A stretch of 64,000 nt of DNA from Ktedonobacteraceae bacterium (GTDB taxonomy: Bacteria > Chloroflexota > Ktedonobacteria > Ktedonobacterales > Ktedonobacteraceae), in NCBI GenBank assembly GCA_035294465.1, contig DATGKW010000054.1, positions 47,290-111,289 on the forward strand. The letters run 5' to 3'. Below are positions 1-10,333 of the stretch, piece after piece. How positions within the stretch are numbered: the first letter of the stretch is position 1; each line of letters opens with the position of its first letter. The notes beneath the pieces are model-generated. The model saw only the letters and a program-made list of their open reading frames with translations, had not been told where the DNA came from and did not search any database. Made by a program: the position numbers and the translations under genes.

Positions 1-3000
1 ATCCAGCAAATATCGTTCATTTCCGAGCAACCATACTGGTTGAGCACACGCGCGCCGGGTAGTTTGCGCCGGCATTCTGCCAGCAGTTCTATCGAGAACG
101 CTTCGCCGCCAACACTCCACAGCTTCAGATGGCGCAGGCGTGTCTGCAAATCAGAAATGCCATCCAACAGCGTCTGGAGGAGTGAGGGAACGATAACAAT
201 TCGTGTTACCGCATAGGCATCAAGCATATCAGTAAAAGTATGTAAATCGTTTATGACCTCACCGGGAATGATGACCAGCGGTATGCCACAGAGAATCCCC
301 CCCAACCATTCCCAGAAAGACGGCGTGGTGCTTATAGGGGAGCGCTGGCACATTACTTCATGCTCCTGAAAAGGAAGATCACGCCACATCCAGGCAAAGC
401 GATGAAGCATCTGGCGTTGAGGCACTGCCACCCCTTTAGGCTTCCCGGTCGAGCCTGAGGTATACATAATAAAACACAGGCTATCGAGAAGTTCAGGCGA
501 GTCAGGTAGCGGAGTAATATCTCCTTCCGTGTCCAACTCAGTAATATCCAGCACTCGCTTGTTCCTCTGCTCTACCCATGCGCGCCAGGGGGAGCGAGAA
601 ATAATAACATCGGGTTGGCTGTCTTCTAGAATGTGGTCGAGGTATGCTGACGGATACGAAGGATCCAAAGGGACATAGATCCCTCCAGCTTTGAGAATCC
701 CTAGCAAGGCGATGAGCGTATCCAGCGAGCGTTCTAAAAATACCCCCACTCGCCGTTCCAGGGTGATGCCCTGGTCGCGCAACCTGCGCGCGACCAGCGT
801 ACTCAGGCGATCCAATACGGCGTAGGTGAGCTGTTGATCCTTCCAATGAACAGCTATGGATTCGGGTTGCGCAGCAACTCGTTCAGCGAAGAGTCGCTGC
901 AAACTCTTTTCGGGATAGGACAGCTTCATCCGATCATGAGAGAGCATCCCATACTGCTCAGTAAAGAGCGATGCGGCTAACTCCTGGAATGGTGCGTCTG
1001 GTGCCTGGATAACCTGCTCTAGAAGTGCGTGAAAGTGCCGGATCATTCCCGCGATACGTTCTGTATGGAAAAGTTCGGCGTTATACTCGATGGTCAACAG
1101 CAGATCCTCGCGACGCTCGCTCACTTTCATTGTCAGATCGTATTTCGCTGTTTCGTTTTGCGCTGTGACCTGGCGTAATTCAAGACCTGCAAAGGTCGTG
1201 ACCAGGCGTGGATTGCTGTAATAAATAAACATTATCTGGAAGAGCGGTGAAGAGTACGGGCTGCGTCGAGGGTTCACAGCATCCACAACCATCTCAAACG
1301 GCACATCCTGGTTCATTAAAGCTTCTAGCATACTATCTCTTACACGTTGAAGGAGAGATCGAAATGTGGCAATGCCGGATAGCGAGGTGCGGATAGTCAG
1401 TGTATTTACAAACATTCCAATCAAGAGATGAAACTCTTCTAATGTTCTCCCAGCTACGGGCATGCCAAGCATAATGTCATCTTCTCCTGTGTAGAGAGCC
1501 AGGAGCAGTTGGAACACGGCGAGGAACAACATAGACGGCGTCACATTTTCCTGTTCCCTCAGCGTCTGGGTACGTTGAAGTAATGAAGCAGGGAGCACTG
1601 TTGAATGATATGCCCCTCGCACGGGCTTTCCAGAGACACGTGGAAAATCTGTGGGCAATGACATCGTCTGAGTACAATGGGCCAATCGCGCTTTCCAGTA
1701 ATCTAGCTGGGCAATAAAACTGCCATTCTGCACTTGTTTGTGTTGCCATGCCACATAGTCAGCATACTGCACAGGCAGCGGAGTAAGTGGTGATAGCTTG
1801 CCGGCAGCAAAAGCTTCATAACAGAGACGTAGTTCCCGATGAAACACACCATTGGACCATCCATCCCAGATCAGGTGATGGACACTAAACAAAAACATAT
1901 GGATATCCTGGGCAATTTTGACAAGCGTTGCACGCATCAGTGGCCCCTGTTCAAAATCGAATGGGAGTGAGGCTTGCTGCTCTATCAAGCGCTGCAGTTC
2001 TTCCTCTATTGTCGGAGATGTTCCATCCAACTCATAGCGAGCGAGAGTCAATGCCATACTCTCTTTTACCTGTTGCACCGGGACTCCTTCTTGCGTGGTA
2101 AATATGGTGCGAAGAACTTCATGGCGCCGTATGATCTCCGCCAGGCTTTGTTCCAGAATCTCTGGGAGGAGCGGTCCCTGAATGCGTATCACATAATTGA
2201 TAGTATAAGCTGTGGTACCAGGCGTCAGTTGCTCAAGAAACCAGAGACGTTGCTGGGCAAAAGATTGAGGAAAGAACTGTGAATGCGATGAGATTTCTCC
2301 ATCTGTAGAGATTGCTCCGTCGAGGGCAGTTTCTCGCTTCGCCAATTCTTGATCAAGTTTTGCTGCCAGTGAGGCAATATCCGGCATCTCGAAGAGACTA
2401 CGCAGTGGGATAGTGATCTTCAAAGCCTTACGCAGGCGCGAAACAACCTGCATGGCTACGAGAGAATGTCCTCCGAGTTCAAAGAAATTATCGTAAATAC
2501 CCACCTGTGGGATTCCAAGAAAGGTTGCCCAGAGGGTCGCTAAAAGCTCTTCAGTTAAAGTGCGGGGTCTTTGAATTGTACGTCCAGGCTTTGCTCTCTG
2601 TTGTTCAGGAGGGGGCAACTTCGAGCGGTCTATCTTTCCGTTCGCAGTGAGCGGAAATGCGTCAACAATTTGGAGGGAAGCAGGAAGCATATAACCAGGG
2701 AGTTTCTTGCGAAGATGACGATGCAGATCGTCAAATGTGGGTGCTTGAACCCCTGGGAGAACATATGCTGCAAGCAGCATGTCTCCATCTTTGCCTGCAT
2801 ACGCAACAACACAGGACTCTACTACCTGAGGATGGCTGTTCAGTACAGCTTCGATCTCCTGTATCTCGATACGCACGCCATGAATCTTGACCTGGTGATC
2901 CATTCTGCCTAGTATTTGTACTGTGCCGTCTGACAAATATCTTCCATAATCACCTGTGAGATAACAACGGTCTTGTGTAGCCTGCGACCAGGGATTAGAA

Positions 3001-5579
3001 ATGAACCGAGCCATTTGCGCTTCCTGTGCGTTAATATATCCTCGCGTCATAAATGGTGTACGAATGACAATCTCACCTGGCTCTCCAATGCCACAGAGCA
3101 GGCCGCCGGCCGAGCGTAATAACGCCTGAGTCTCAGGTAACGGCCTTCCAACCGGTTGAACGCCAGGATAAGGAGGCTCAGGAATAATCGCGTAGCATTT
3201 GGCAAGCGTCGTCTCAGTCGGGCCATATAAGTTCACAATAGCGGCGTCGCGTGAAATAAAACGGCGCCAGCGGGCAACAAGCGCGTCAGGAAGGGGTTCG
3301 CCTGCAAAAAAAACAAAGCGTATAGCTGTAGTAACAGGTTCCGTCTGAGCCGCCAACCACGCAGAGGCCAGAGAGGGCACGATGTGCAAAAAGGTAATGC
3401 CCCGTGTACAGAGCCAATCAGTAACATGACCTGGTAACATAGCTTCTGTGGGAGGCAAGCAGAGGGTAGCGCCAGCCGTGAGAGGCAGAAAAATATCGCG
3501 AAGAACCACGTCAAAGGAAAGTCCAGTAAACTGCGCGCCACGATCCGCAGAATCTATCTTAAAAGTTTCACGCTGCCAGGTCAGAAAATGAGCCAGGCCC
3601 CGGTGAGTACCCAGAATTCCTTTAGGGACGCCAGTCGTACCTGAGGTAAAAAAGATATATGCCGGGTCATCCGGTCTAATAGTCCATGTCTCTTCATCTG
3701 TCTCTTCGCCGCCCAAACGAGTGAGAACACTCCCTGTCTGCGGCTCGATTTCAAGAACTGGGAGCGCCAGATCTTTCAGATCTCCCTCAGCCGATTGCAC
3801 ATTGATCAGACATCTAGCCTGAGCTTCGCGTAGCATCACCCGCTGTCTCTCAGCAGGAATTTCTGGGGAGAGCGGCAACATGATATACCCTCCGATCAGG
3901 AGGCCGGTGAGAGCAGCGATTAATCCAAAACTTCTATCACCTGTTACCGCAATTACTGTATTCTGCTCATATCCCAATAGACGCAGTTCCTGGCCAATCC
4001 GGCGGGCAGCAGTCAATAACATATGAAATGACCAGTATTGACCCGAATGCTCAATAGCCGGGGCATCCGGCTGCCATGCAGCGACGCGTGCAAGCACCTC
4101 CGGCACTAGAGGATAATTTTGTATGTTTAAGGCATGCGTTGGATCAGGCAATAGGGTTCGAGCCAATGGTGTTACTAAAGAATAGTGCTGTACTGATTGA
4201 TCTGGAAAAGCAATACAATCCTGTAGTAGCTGGAGCATCTGATGAAGCAAATGAAGTATCATAGTAGATGAGAATAAGGCCTTGCGATAGACAAAGCGCA
4301 GGCGAATACCCTCTTCTCGTTCATCAGCATAAAGGGTTAAGGAAAATTTTGCCTCCGAGGTGATCGCGCGCATGTCTTGAAGCGTCAGATCCCCTATAGT
4401 CATCTCATAGTGAGCGCCGCTCAAAAAATTAAACATTATTGAAAAGAAAGGATTATGCGTGAGATAGCGATCTGGGTGAAGTTGCTGAACAAGTCTATCA
4501 AATGGTACATCCTGATTTGAAAATGCATCCAGAACAACTTCCCGCACGCGTGTAAGCACCGTGCGGAAAGTCGGAGAACCAGAGAAATCTACACGCAAGA
4601 CCAAAGTGTTCACAAAGAAACCAATAATGTCCTCTATTTCACGCCGATTCCGCCCCGCTACAGGAGTGCCAATAACCAGATCTTCCTGTCCAGTCAGCCG
4701 GTACAGGAGCAGGTCGAAAACGGCGAGTAATAGCATGTACAGTGTAATCCCTTCCTGCTGGCAAAATTGCTTCAAGGTTGCGCTGAGTTCTCTGGAAAGA
4801 GGCAGTACCTCCCGCCCGGCCTGAAAATCGGTCTCTTCTGAAGCTGCTTTGTCAGGTGCTAGCTCTAGTACAGGTGGAAGGTCTTTGAGATTCTCTCGCC
4901 AGTAATCAAGCTGCCTGGCTGCCGCTTCACTCCGAAGCCATTGGCGCTGCCAGAGGGCATAATCTTTGTATTGAAGTGGAAGGTCGGATAAAGGCACATT
5001 CTGACCACAGACTAATGCCCGATAGATTATATTCAGTTCACGCAGGAAAAGGCTCACCGACCATTCATCAGCGATAATATGATGCATGCCGAACACGAGC
5101 AAGTGTTGAGTGCTGCTCAAACGATACACCTGTGCATTGATGAGATCATCGTGCGCCAGGTCTACCGACTTTCGAGCCTCAAGTTGCAGCAAGCGCTCCT
5201 GCTCTTGAATCCTCTGCTCTTCTGGAAGCATGGATAGATCTATGAGTGGAATATGAAATGTCCTGGATGGTGCAATGCGTTGCTCCGGGATATCATCTAT
5301 CGTGATATAATTTGTACGCAAGATTTCATGGCGGCGAGCAATTTCTTCTAGAGTTTTCTCAAGCACCGCAATATTCGGCACCCCTGCGAGTTGTATGGCG
5401 AAGACGTTATAGTATTTACTGGATTCCGGTTCAAGTTGGTGGAGAAGCCATAACCTCATCTGAGCAAATGAAAGAGGAATCGTAACAGTACTATCCATTT
5501 TTTGAAGTAATCTAAATAACAGTACTTTTTTCTCTAATAGAGAGAACTCACTCACCTTTTCATTACTAGCACTCATCAT
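1..5579 (-). CDS. Non-ribosomal peptide synthetase, N-terminal part (C-A-T-C-A...), 3' end beyond window start
   Basis: Own translation of the minus strand from ATG 5579 (MMSASNEKVSEF...) stays open to position 1. This explains its absence from the complete-ORF track. Core motifs read: C1 MHHIIADEWS (~5061-5090), A1 FTSGTTGVPKG (~3617-3652), NLYGPTETT (~3210-3240), PLTANGKIDR (~2620-2650), carrier FFELGGHSL (~2461-2490), C2 VHHLIWDGWS (~1855-1885), A2 YTSGSTGKPKGV (~428-466). Confidence 0.93.
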   Translation of the reverse strand, partial: MMSASNEKVSEFSLLEKKVLLFRLLQKMDSTVTIPLSFAQMRLWLLHQLEPESSKYYNVFAIQLAGVPNIAVLEKTLEEIARRHEILRTNYITIDDIPEQRIAPSRTFHIPLIDLSMLPEEQRIQEQERLLQLEARKSVDLAHDDLINAQVYRLSSTQHLLVFGMHHIIADEWSVSLFLRELNIIYRALVCGQNVPLSDLPLQYKDYALWQRQWLRSEAAARQLDYWRENLKDLPPVLELAPDKAASEETDFQAGREVLPLSRELSATLKQFCQQEGITLYMLLLAVFDLLLYRLTGQEDLVIGTPVAGRNRREIEDIIGFFVNTLVLRVDFSGSPTFRTVLTRVREVVLDAFSNQDVPFDRLVQQLHPDRYLTHNPFFSIMFNFLSGAHYEMTIGDLTLQDMRAITSEAKFSLTLYADEREEGIRLRFVYRKALFSSTMILHLLHQMLQLLQDCIAFPDQSVQHYSLVTPLARTLLPDPTHALNIQNYPLVPEVLARVAAWQPDAPAIEHSGQYWSFHMLLTAARRIGQELRLLGYEQNTVIAVTGDRSFGLIAALTGLLIGGYIMLPLSPEIPAERQRVMLREAQARCLINVQSAEGDLKDLALPVLEIEPQTGSVLTRLGGEETDEETWTIRPDDPAYIFFTSGTTGVPKGILGTHRGLAHFLTWQRETFKIDSADRGAQFTGLSFDVVLRDIFLPLTAGATLCLPPTEAMLPGHVTDWLCTRGITFLHIVPSLASAWLAAQTEPVTTAIRFVFFAGEPLPDALVARWRRFISRDAAIVNLYGPTETTLAKCYAIIPEPPYPGVQPVGRPLPETQALLRSAGGLLCGIGEPGEIVIRTPFMTRGYINAQEAQMARFISNPWSQATQDRCYLTGDYGRYLSDGTVQILGRMDHQVKIHGVRIEIQEIEAVLNSHPQVVESCVVAYAGKDGDMLLAAYVLPGVQAPTFDDLHRHLRKKLPGYMLPASLQIVDAFPLTANGKIDRSKLPPPEQQRAKPGRTIQRPRTLTEELLATLWATFLGIPQVGIYDNFFELGGHSLVAMQVVSRLRKALKITIPLRSLFEMPDIASLAAKLDQELAKRETALDGAISTDGEISSHSQFFPQSFAQQRLWFLEQLTPGTTAYTINYVIRIQGPLLPEILEQSLAEIIRRHEVLRTIFTTQEGVPVQQVKESMALTLARYELDGTSPTIEEELQRLIEQQASLPFDFEQGPLMRATLVKIAQDIHMFLFSVHHLIWDGWSNGVFHRELRLCYEAFAAGKLSPLTPLPVQYADYVAWQHKQVQNGSFIAQLDYWKARLAHCTQTMSLPTDFPRVSGKPVRGAYHSTVLPASLLQRTQTLREQENVTPSMLFLAVFQLLLALYTGEDDIMLGMPVAGRTLEEFHLLIGMFVNTLTIRTSLSGIATFRSLLQRVRDSMLEALMNQDVPFEMVVDAVNPRRSPYSSPLFQIMFIYYSNPRLVTTFAGLELRQVTAQNETAKYDLTMKVSERREDLLLTIEYNAELFHTERIAGMIRHFHALLEQVIQAPDAPFQELAASLFTEQYGMLSHDRMKLSYPEKSLQRLFAERVAAQPESIAVHWKDQQLTYAVLDRLSTLVARRLRDQGITLERRVGVFLERSLDTLIALLGILKAGGIYVPLDPSYPSAYLDHILEDSQPDVIISRSPWRAWVEQRNKRVLDITELDTEGDITPLPDSPELLDSLCFIMYTSGSTGKPKGVAVPQRQMLHRFAWMWRDLPFQEHEVMCQRSPISTTPSFWEWLGGILCGIPLVIIPGEVINDLHTFTDMLDAYAVTRIVIVPSLLQTLLDGISDLQTRLRHLKLWSVGGEAFSIELLAECRRKLPGARVLNQYGCSEMNDICW

Positions 5580-5664
5580 ACATTCCTTCTGTCTTTAGTG
5601 CGAAATACATGCCATCTCCATCGCAGAGCAACCCGCTCAATAGAGCCAGTTGATAGCAAGCTCA

Positions 5665-6042
5665 CTAGTATTCTGGTTCTTCGCGGAGTGACAGATGACC
5701 TCTTCCCTGAAGCGTAGCCAGATCAATATCAGCGATGCAACGCACAGCAGTAAAATTCAGACGCAAGTTCCCTTCTAAATGTACTGATCCCCTGTTTTGC
5801 TCAAAATCCGCTTCATGTAAACTGGTTGCTTGAGGATCAAGCGTGACAAACAGTTGAGTACCACCCGCAGTATCAGTAAATGTGATATAGACACTATGGA
5901 GAACTAAAATACGGTATTCCAGGTCACTTGCTGAATGACTGGGGTGAGTCAAACTAACCGGGTGGGTTCCCTGACACAGACGTTGCACAAGAGAGTCCAT
6001 ATATTCTCCTTCAGGCAGTTGATATTGAAAGTGATTTATCAT
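5665..6042 (-). CDS. Hypothetical 125 aa protein immediately upstream of the NRPS, same strand
   Basis: Complete ORF in the track with non-repetitive composition. It lies 85 nt upstream of the NRPS start and downstream of a sigma70-like promoter. No obvious SD and no recognisable family. Confidence 0.4.
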   Translation of the reverse strand: MINHFQYQLPEGEYMDSLVQRLCQGTHPVSLTHPSHSASDLEYRILVLHSVYITFTDTAGGTQLFVTLDPQATSLHEADFEQNRGSVHLEGNLRLNFTAVRCIADIDLATLQGRGHLSLREEPEY

Positions 6043-6080
6043 GTATTACGAAGGGTGCGTGCGAAGAAATCTTTCTGATT

Positions 6081-6109
6081 AGGATAAATACTTTTCATCA
6101 TAATGTCAA
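6081..6109 (-). promoter_or_regulatory. Sigma70-like promoter TTGACA-N17-TATCCT reading toward the 125 aa gene and NRPS
   Basis: On the minus strand, -35 TTGACA is at 6109->6104 and -10 TATCCT at 6086->6081, with a 17 nt spacer. Confidence 0.45.
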
Positions 6110-6135
6110 GTATCTCGGCGTTTCGCTCAATCCTG

Positions 6136-6627
6136 TCAAACCAACACCGCTATGATATGATGAGCCGAGAACAATCCCCCCTGTTCATCTCTCCTCTTCA
6201 AGAATGCCTCGGTATCCCAACTTTTCTTCCCACCCATTCTCGCTGTGTTTTTCTTACTGGGAGTATGATGATTCACATGAACCTGAAAACATTGCGTCTT
6301 TCCCTTGTTCCCACCCCAGTTCTCGTGATGTTTCGCGGCACTCCAGAAAAGAGCAAAGCTGATTCTCGACGCTCTCATTGAGCACAGGTGGACACATGCT
6401 GAAAAGCCTGGGACCGCAAGCCGAGCCATTCTTTTGGATGGTTTGTCACCTACGCAGTTCTTGTAGCCGGCAAACGCATCCAGGTAGCCACTTCTGAGGT
6501 CGGATCGCCTGATAAGGAACGGTGTGTAAAGCTCCCACTGGCTCTTTTCAATCGAAAAGCCAGCCAATCCACAGAATACCAATGCACGCCTTCCGCCCTT
6601 ATCAAAGAATGATAGAGGCAGTATCAA
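6136..6627 (-). CDS. Hypothetical ORF (163 aa) with a TTG start overlapping the GH59 stop; possibly a gene remnant
   Basis: ORF-track entry only. No family recognised. The start overlaps the stop of the upstream gene. Confidence 0.25.
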   Translation of the reverse strand: MILPLSFFDKGGRRALVFCGLAGFSIEKSQWELYTPFLIRRSDLRSGYLDAFAGYKNCVGDKPSKRMARLAVPGFSACVHLCSMRASRISFALFWSAAKHHENWGGNKGKTQCFQVHVNHHTPSKKNTARMGGKKSWDTEAFLKRRDEQGGLFSAHHIIAVLV

Positions 6628-8627
6628 ACCGCTTCCACAGAGACATTATCAAACTGCGCATTCACCCACTTGCTAACTAGCAGGGCGATCTGACCACTGG
6701 TATAGGTAGAGTCGCTGGCGGTGCCCAGCGGTTCATCATCGATTAGCGCTTGAATCGTGCCGTTCTGCAAAATCAAGGTGAGTCGATGCCATTGGTTCAG
6801 GCCAAAGGGCACCGTACCCGAGGTCAGCACGGTATCGGTCAGCACCGTAGCAGTAGCATCTTCTCTGAAAAGCATCCACTGGCCCTCGTCGGTGATACGC
6901 AAATGATATCCCGTGGCCGCGCCGGCCAGGCGCACCTGGCTCGTCAGATTTCCGATCAGTTCAACGTAGCCGGCCTGTTCGAGCATCACATCTACGCCGA
7001 CCTGGTAATTCTGCCAGGCGGGATCGCCCATGATCGTGATCGGCGCAATGGGCGAGCCACTGTGCCACGCGATAGGAGGAATCGTAATCACCTGGCGATA
7101 GCAGATACCGTGACGACCGCCGCCGCTTGGCGCCGTTTCAAACGCGCCATTGATATCAGAGAAGTAGCGGGCCAGATGGCCCGGCCGGTACCGCTCAAAG
7201 TCCTCGTGGAAGGGCAGGGCAAGATGAGCCGAAGCCGGGGAAACAGCTGTCCCCTTGCCCTGTCCCCTGGTTGTAGTCAGACTGTAGAGAAAGCCGGGCT
7301 GGAGTGTCAGGGTGTAAGAACCATCGGTGGGCACAAGCTGCTGAATGTGCAAAAAATAGTCGTCGGGATTTGAGGAAGCGAGATTGGTTGCCCAGACATG
7401 AACAGGACCGGCAGAGAGTCCGCCCATTACCTGAATTTGTACGGTTTGCGCCGCCGTGGCAGTCGTTGTCTCAATGATGGTGCTGTAATCGCGCTGGTTG
7501 GGCGAGCGCAGCGTGACATAGCTTCCGTTACTGCTCACCCCTCCCAGATAGCCGCAGGCGCTATCAATATAGTGCCAGCCAGGCCGGGTAAACTGGGTAG
7601 TATGAGCCACCACCCAGATACTTTTGCCTACAGTATAGTTTCCCGACCAGGGCTCATCTGCCAGCATTAACCCATCACCGGCAAACGGCAGAGTAGGATA
7701 CCAAGACGAAATCAAGCTCCAGTTAATGTTGGCCGTGAGTCGTTCATTAATGTAATTGCGATTGAGGTACTGAGCCATGCTCGCACCTGTCGTATAGGAC
7801 TGCGAGCCATTCTCGCTGGCCCATAGAGGCTTGCCGAGGCTGGCGGCATCGGGGGTTGGCGGACGCGTATTGGGATAATGCGAACCAATAACATCGATAG
7901 CGGCATTAAAGGCAGGATCATTGACCATATCGGTCGCGATATCCCAGAATCTCTCGTCGGGGGCAACAATTCTCGTCGTCAACCCATGGCTCACCAACGC
8001 CTGTTTCAGATCCTCGAACCAGGTTTTATTGTAGCCGCTTTCGTTCCAGCCGCCGATGTAATCAATATGCAAGCCATGATCTAGCCAGGCATGCTCTATC
8101 CAGTTCAGCAGATAGGTAATATTATCGTGTGACCAGAACGGCTCCGAGGGATCAATATCGGGGCTCGCCTCGAACCAGCCAGGAGCGCCCCATTCCAACC
8201 CATAGAGCTTGATATCGGGATTGCGGGCTTTAGCCTGCTCCATCAGCCACCACTCATAGCCGCGATGATAGTTTTGATCGGTGCGGCTACGCATATGGCT
8301 GGCCTCAGACCCATTAGTCGAATTCGTATCGCCGCCGATCTCGACCTTGAGAATATGCAGGCTGGCCCCATAGCCCGGTTTGAATAGATAATCAAGTATC
8401 TCGCTTTGCTGGCGAGGTGGATAGTCAAAGAGCAGGCGCGAGGTGCCCCCGCCGCCACTGATAGCGCCAAAGCCCATAAAAGTGAGCCCTGTGCCCAGGC
8501 CATCAATCGTGATCGTCTCCATGGCGGGCGAGTCGGCGAAGGCTGTGCTCCTTTCGCCGGCAACAGCTGCAAGTGCCGCGCTCGCGGAGAGTTGCAGAAA
8601 ACGGCGTCGATTGACATATCTTCTCAT
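6624..8627 (-). CDS. Secreted glycoside hydrolase, GH59 (galactocerebrosidase-like) family, Tat signal, C-terminal lectin/LamG-like domain
   Basis: N-terminus RRRFLQLSASAALAAVA is a twin-arginine signal. The motif ILKVEIGGDTNSTNGSEASHM matches the conserved GALC/GH59 block (LKVEIGGDGQTTDGTEPSH). AAGGAG lies upstream of ATG 8627. Confidence 0.8.
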   Translation of the reverse strand: MRRYVNRRRFLQLSASAALAAVAGERSTAFADSPAMETITIDGLGTGLTFMGFGAISGGGGTSRLLFDYPPRQQSEILDYLFKPGYGASLHILKVEIGGDTNSTNGSEASHMRSRTDQNYHRGYEWWLMEQAKARNPDIKLYGLEWGAPGWFEASPDIDPSEPFWSHDNITYLLNWIEHAWLDHGLHIDYIGGWNESGYNKTWFEDLKQALVSHGLTTRIVAPDERFWDIATDMVNDPAFNAAIDVIGSHYPNTRPPTPDAASLGKPLWASENGSQSYTTGASMAQYLNRNYINERLTANINWSLISSWYPTLPFAGDGLMLADEPWSGNYTVGKSIWVVAHTTQFTRPGWHYIDSACGYLGGVSSNGSYVTLRSPNQRDYSTIIETTTATAAQTVQIQVMGGLSAGPVHVWATNLASSNPDDYFLHIQQLVPTDGSYTLTLQPGFLYSLTTTRGQGKGTAVSPASAHLALPFHEDFERYRPGHLARYFSDINGAFETAPSGGGRHGICYRQVITIPPIAWHSGSPIAPITIMGDPAWQNYQVGVDVMLEQAGYVELIGNLTSQVRLAGAATGYHLRITDEGQWMLFREDATATVLTDTVLTSGTVPFGLNQWHRLTLILQNGTIQALIDDEPLGTASDSTYTSGQIALLVSKWVNAQFDNVSVEAV

Positions 8628-8663
8628 CGCAACGAGTCTCCTTCCTCTCTTGAGGCCGTAGAA

Positions 8664-10280
8664 CTAGGGTTGCAGGCCCTTAGCGCGCAGATTTTGCGCC
8701 GCCTGGCTCTCCCAGGCAGCAACACTCAGATTGCCCAACCCCTGGATAAATGAATTCCAGGTGCTGGAATTGAGCGCCTTGCGACCTGTGACAAACTGCA
8801 CCACACCCTGTTCAATGTAACTATCAATGTCAGCCTGGTTCGTGGCTGGCTGAATAGCTCCCAGCTTTGTGCCATTTTCCCAGGGCATGCTGGAGAATTC
8901 CTGCAAGGTCTGTAAGAGATTGATCGTCCGCCCATTGATCGTCTTATAGCTGGGGTAGCGAGCTGCAAGCTCAGCCGGACTGTTGTTGAGCGAAAGATTG
9001 CGGATCTGGATAAGCGGTTGGGCCGCGGCCGCGAGAAAAGGCGTAGGCACGCCCTCGGTTGTGATATTGCCATGAGCGTCCAGATTGTAATTGATCCCCT
9101 TCTGCCCAAAACTGGCCAGGTAATACCCATCGCCTGAATTGAGCCACTCCAGGAATTTAGCGATGGCAGGGCCTTTGCCATTGTTGAGAGCGTTCTGCGA
9201 AACCGCCCAGCTAAAGCGCGCGTCCGAGTAATCCGCCACCGCCGATCTACCGCCAGGTCCCACCGGGGGTGAAAGTGGCACAAGCTCGGCATCTGGAAAA
9301 TTCTTATCGAATGGCGCATAGTTGGACTGACCAAGAGCGGCCGCGAAGTCTTCCCAGAAGATGCCGTACTTCCCCTGCTTCCAGCGTGCCCGGAAGTCGT
9401 CGGTGGTCAGCGTTGGCCAGTCCGGGTCGATAACTCGCGCACCTATCAGATCTCTGACAAACCCCGTGGCCTGCATAAAATTAGGATTACGTACACTCAA
9501 ATGAAGGGTGCCAGGTGTGTTCAGATCCCAGGGACCAGGGAGGCCATACGCGCCGTAGAGTGGGGCAAAATAGTTCCCGATACCTTCGGTATAGGTCGTT
9601 GTGTCAAGGATCGCTCCAAAACCATAGGCGCCATTCTGAGTGAAAGCCCTGGCAACGTTCATAAAATCATCCAGCGTCTTCGGCATCGGCAGCCCCTGCC
9701 TATCCAACCAGTCCTTGCGGATAAAATAGCCTGTGCGTTTGCCCAGCAGGCCGGCGCTTTCGGGCAAGGCGTATTGTTTGCCATTCACCATAAACAGTTT
9801 GTTCAGCGTCTCATCGCTATAGCGATCCTTCGTGCGCTGCGGCATCTGGGGCAGCAGACTATCCACAGCGCCTACCAGGCCCAGGTTGACCCACTGGAAA
9901 AGCAAGCTATTGCTGATATTCTGGAAAAAATCCGGCAGCTCGTTGGCCGCCGCCGCTGCACTCATTTTGGTCAGGCCGTCGTTGCCCAATGGCAACAAGA
10001 CCACCGACAGATCGATATTGAGATCCTTACGCACAGCGCTATAGAGAAACCAGTTGGAAGGGGGCGCGGCAACTTCTGGTACGGCCGGGTTGATCCAGAT
10101 CGTCAGCTTCGTCGGGCCGGACTTCGTCGGGCCACCGCCACAGGCCGCCAGGGCAGCGCCCCCCGCCAGGGCAACTCCGCTCGCTGCCATACCGCGCAGC
10201 ACCTGGCGGCGTGTGAGACGCGCGCCACGAGGCTGTCGGGAGGTCTGCTCACCATCATGAATAGATAACCTTGACATCAT
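8664..10280 (-). CDS. ABC sugar transporter substrate-binding lipoprotein (large family-1 SBP, LplA-like)
   Basis: Start re-set to ATG 10280 (MMSRL...), which is preceded by GAGGAG. The ORF-track start 10388 would overlap the upstream permease. It carries a Tat-like RRQVLRG plus the lipobox LAACGGG. Length and composition are typical of oligosaccharide SBPs. Confidence 0.8.
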   Translation of the reverse strand: MMSRLSIHDGEQTSRQPRGARLTRRQVLRGMAASGVALAGGAALAACGGGPTKSGPTKLTIWINPAVPEVAAPPSNWFLYSAVRKDLNIDLSVVLLPLGNDGLTKMSAAAAANELPDFFQNISNSLLFQWVNLGLVGAVDSLLPQMPQRTKDRYSDETLNKLFMVNGKQYALPESAGLLGKRTGYFIRKDWLDRQGLPMPKTLDDFMNVARAFTQNGAYGFGAILDTTTYTEGIGNYFAPLYGAYGLPGPWDLNTPGTLHLSVRNPNFMQATGFVRDLIGARVIDPDWPTLTTDDFRARWKQGKYGIFWEDFAAALGQSNYAPFDKNFPDAELVPLSPPVGPGGRSAVADYSDARFSWAVSQNALNNGKGPAIAKFLEWLNSGDGYYLASFGQKGINYNLDAHGNITTEGVPTPFLAAAAQPLIQIRNLSLNNSPAELAARYPSYKTINGRTINLLQTLQEFSSMPWENGTKLGAIQPATNQADIDSYIEQGVVQFVTGRKALNSSTWNSFIQGLGNLSVAAWESQAAQNLRAKGLQP

Positions 10281-10333
10281 GTGTTCTCCTCTCTGAGTTT
10301 GCACGTACACATACAAAAGGAAACAGGCGCACT

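Noticed and set aside
6136-6627. A possible degraded transposase or mobile-element remnant between the GH59 gene and the NRPS promoter.
   Set aside because: I translated all minus-strand frames by eye and recognised no DDE, HNH or integrase motif. It is kept only as a low-confidence hypothetical ORF.
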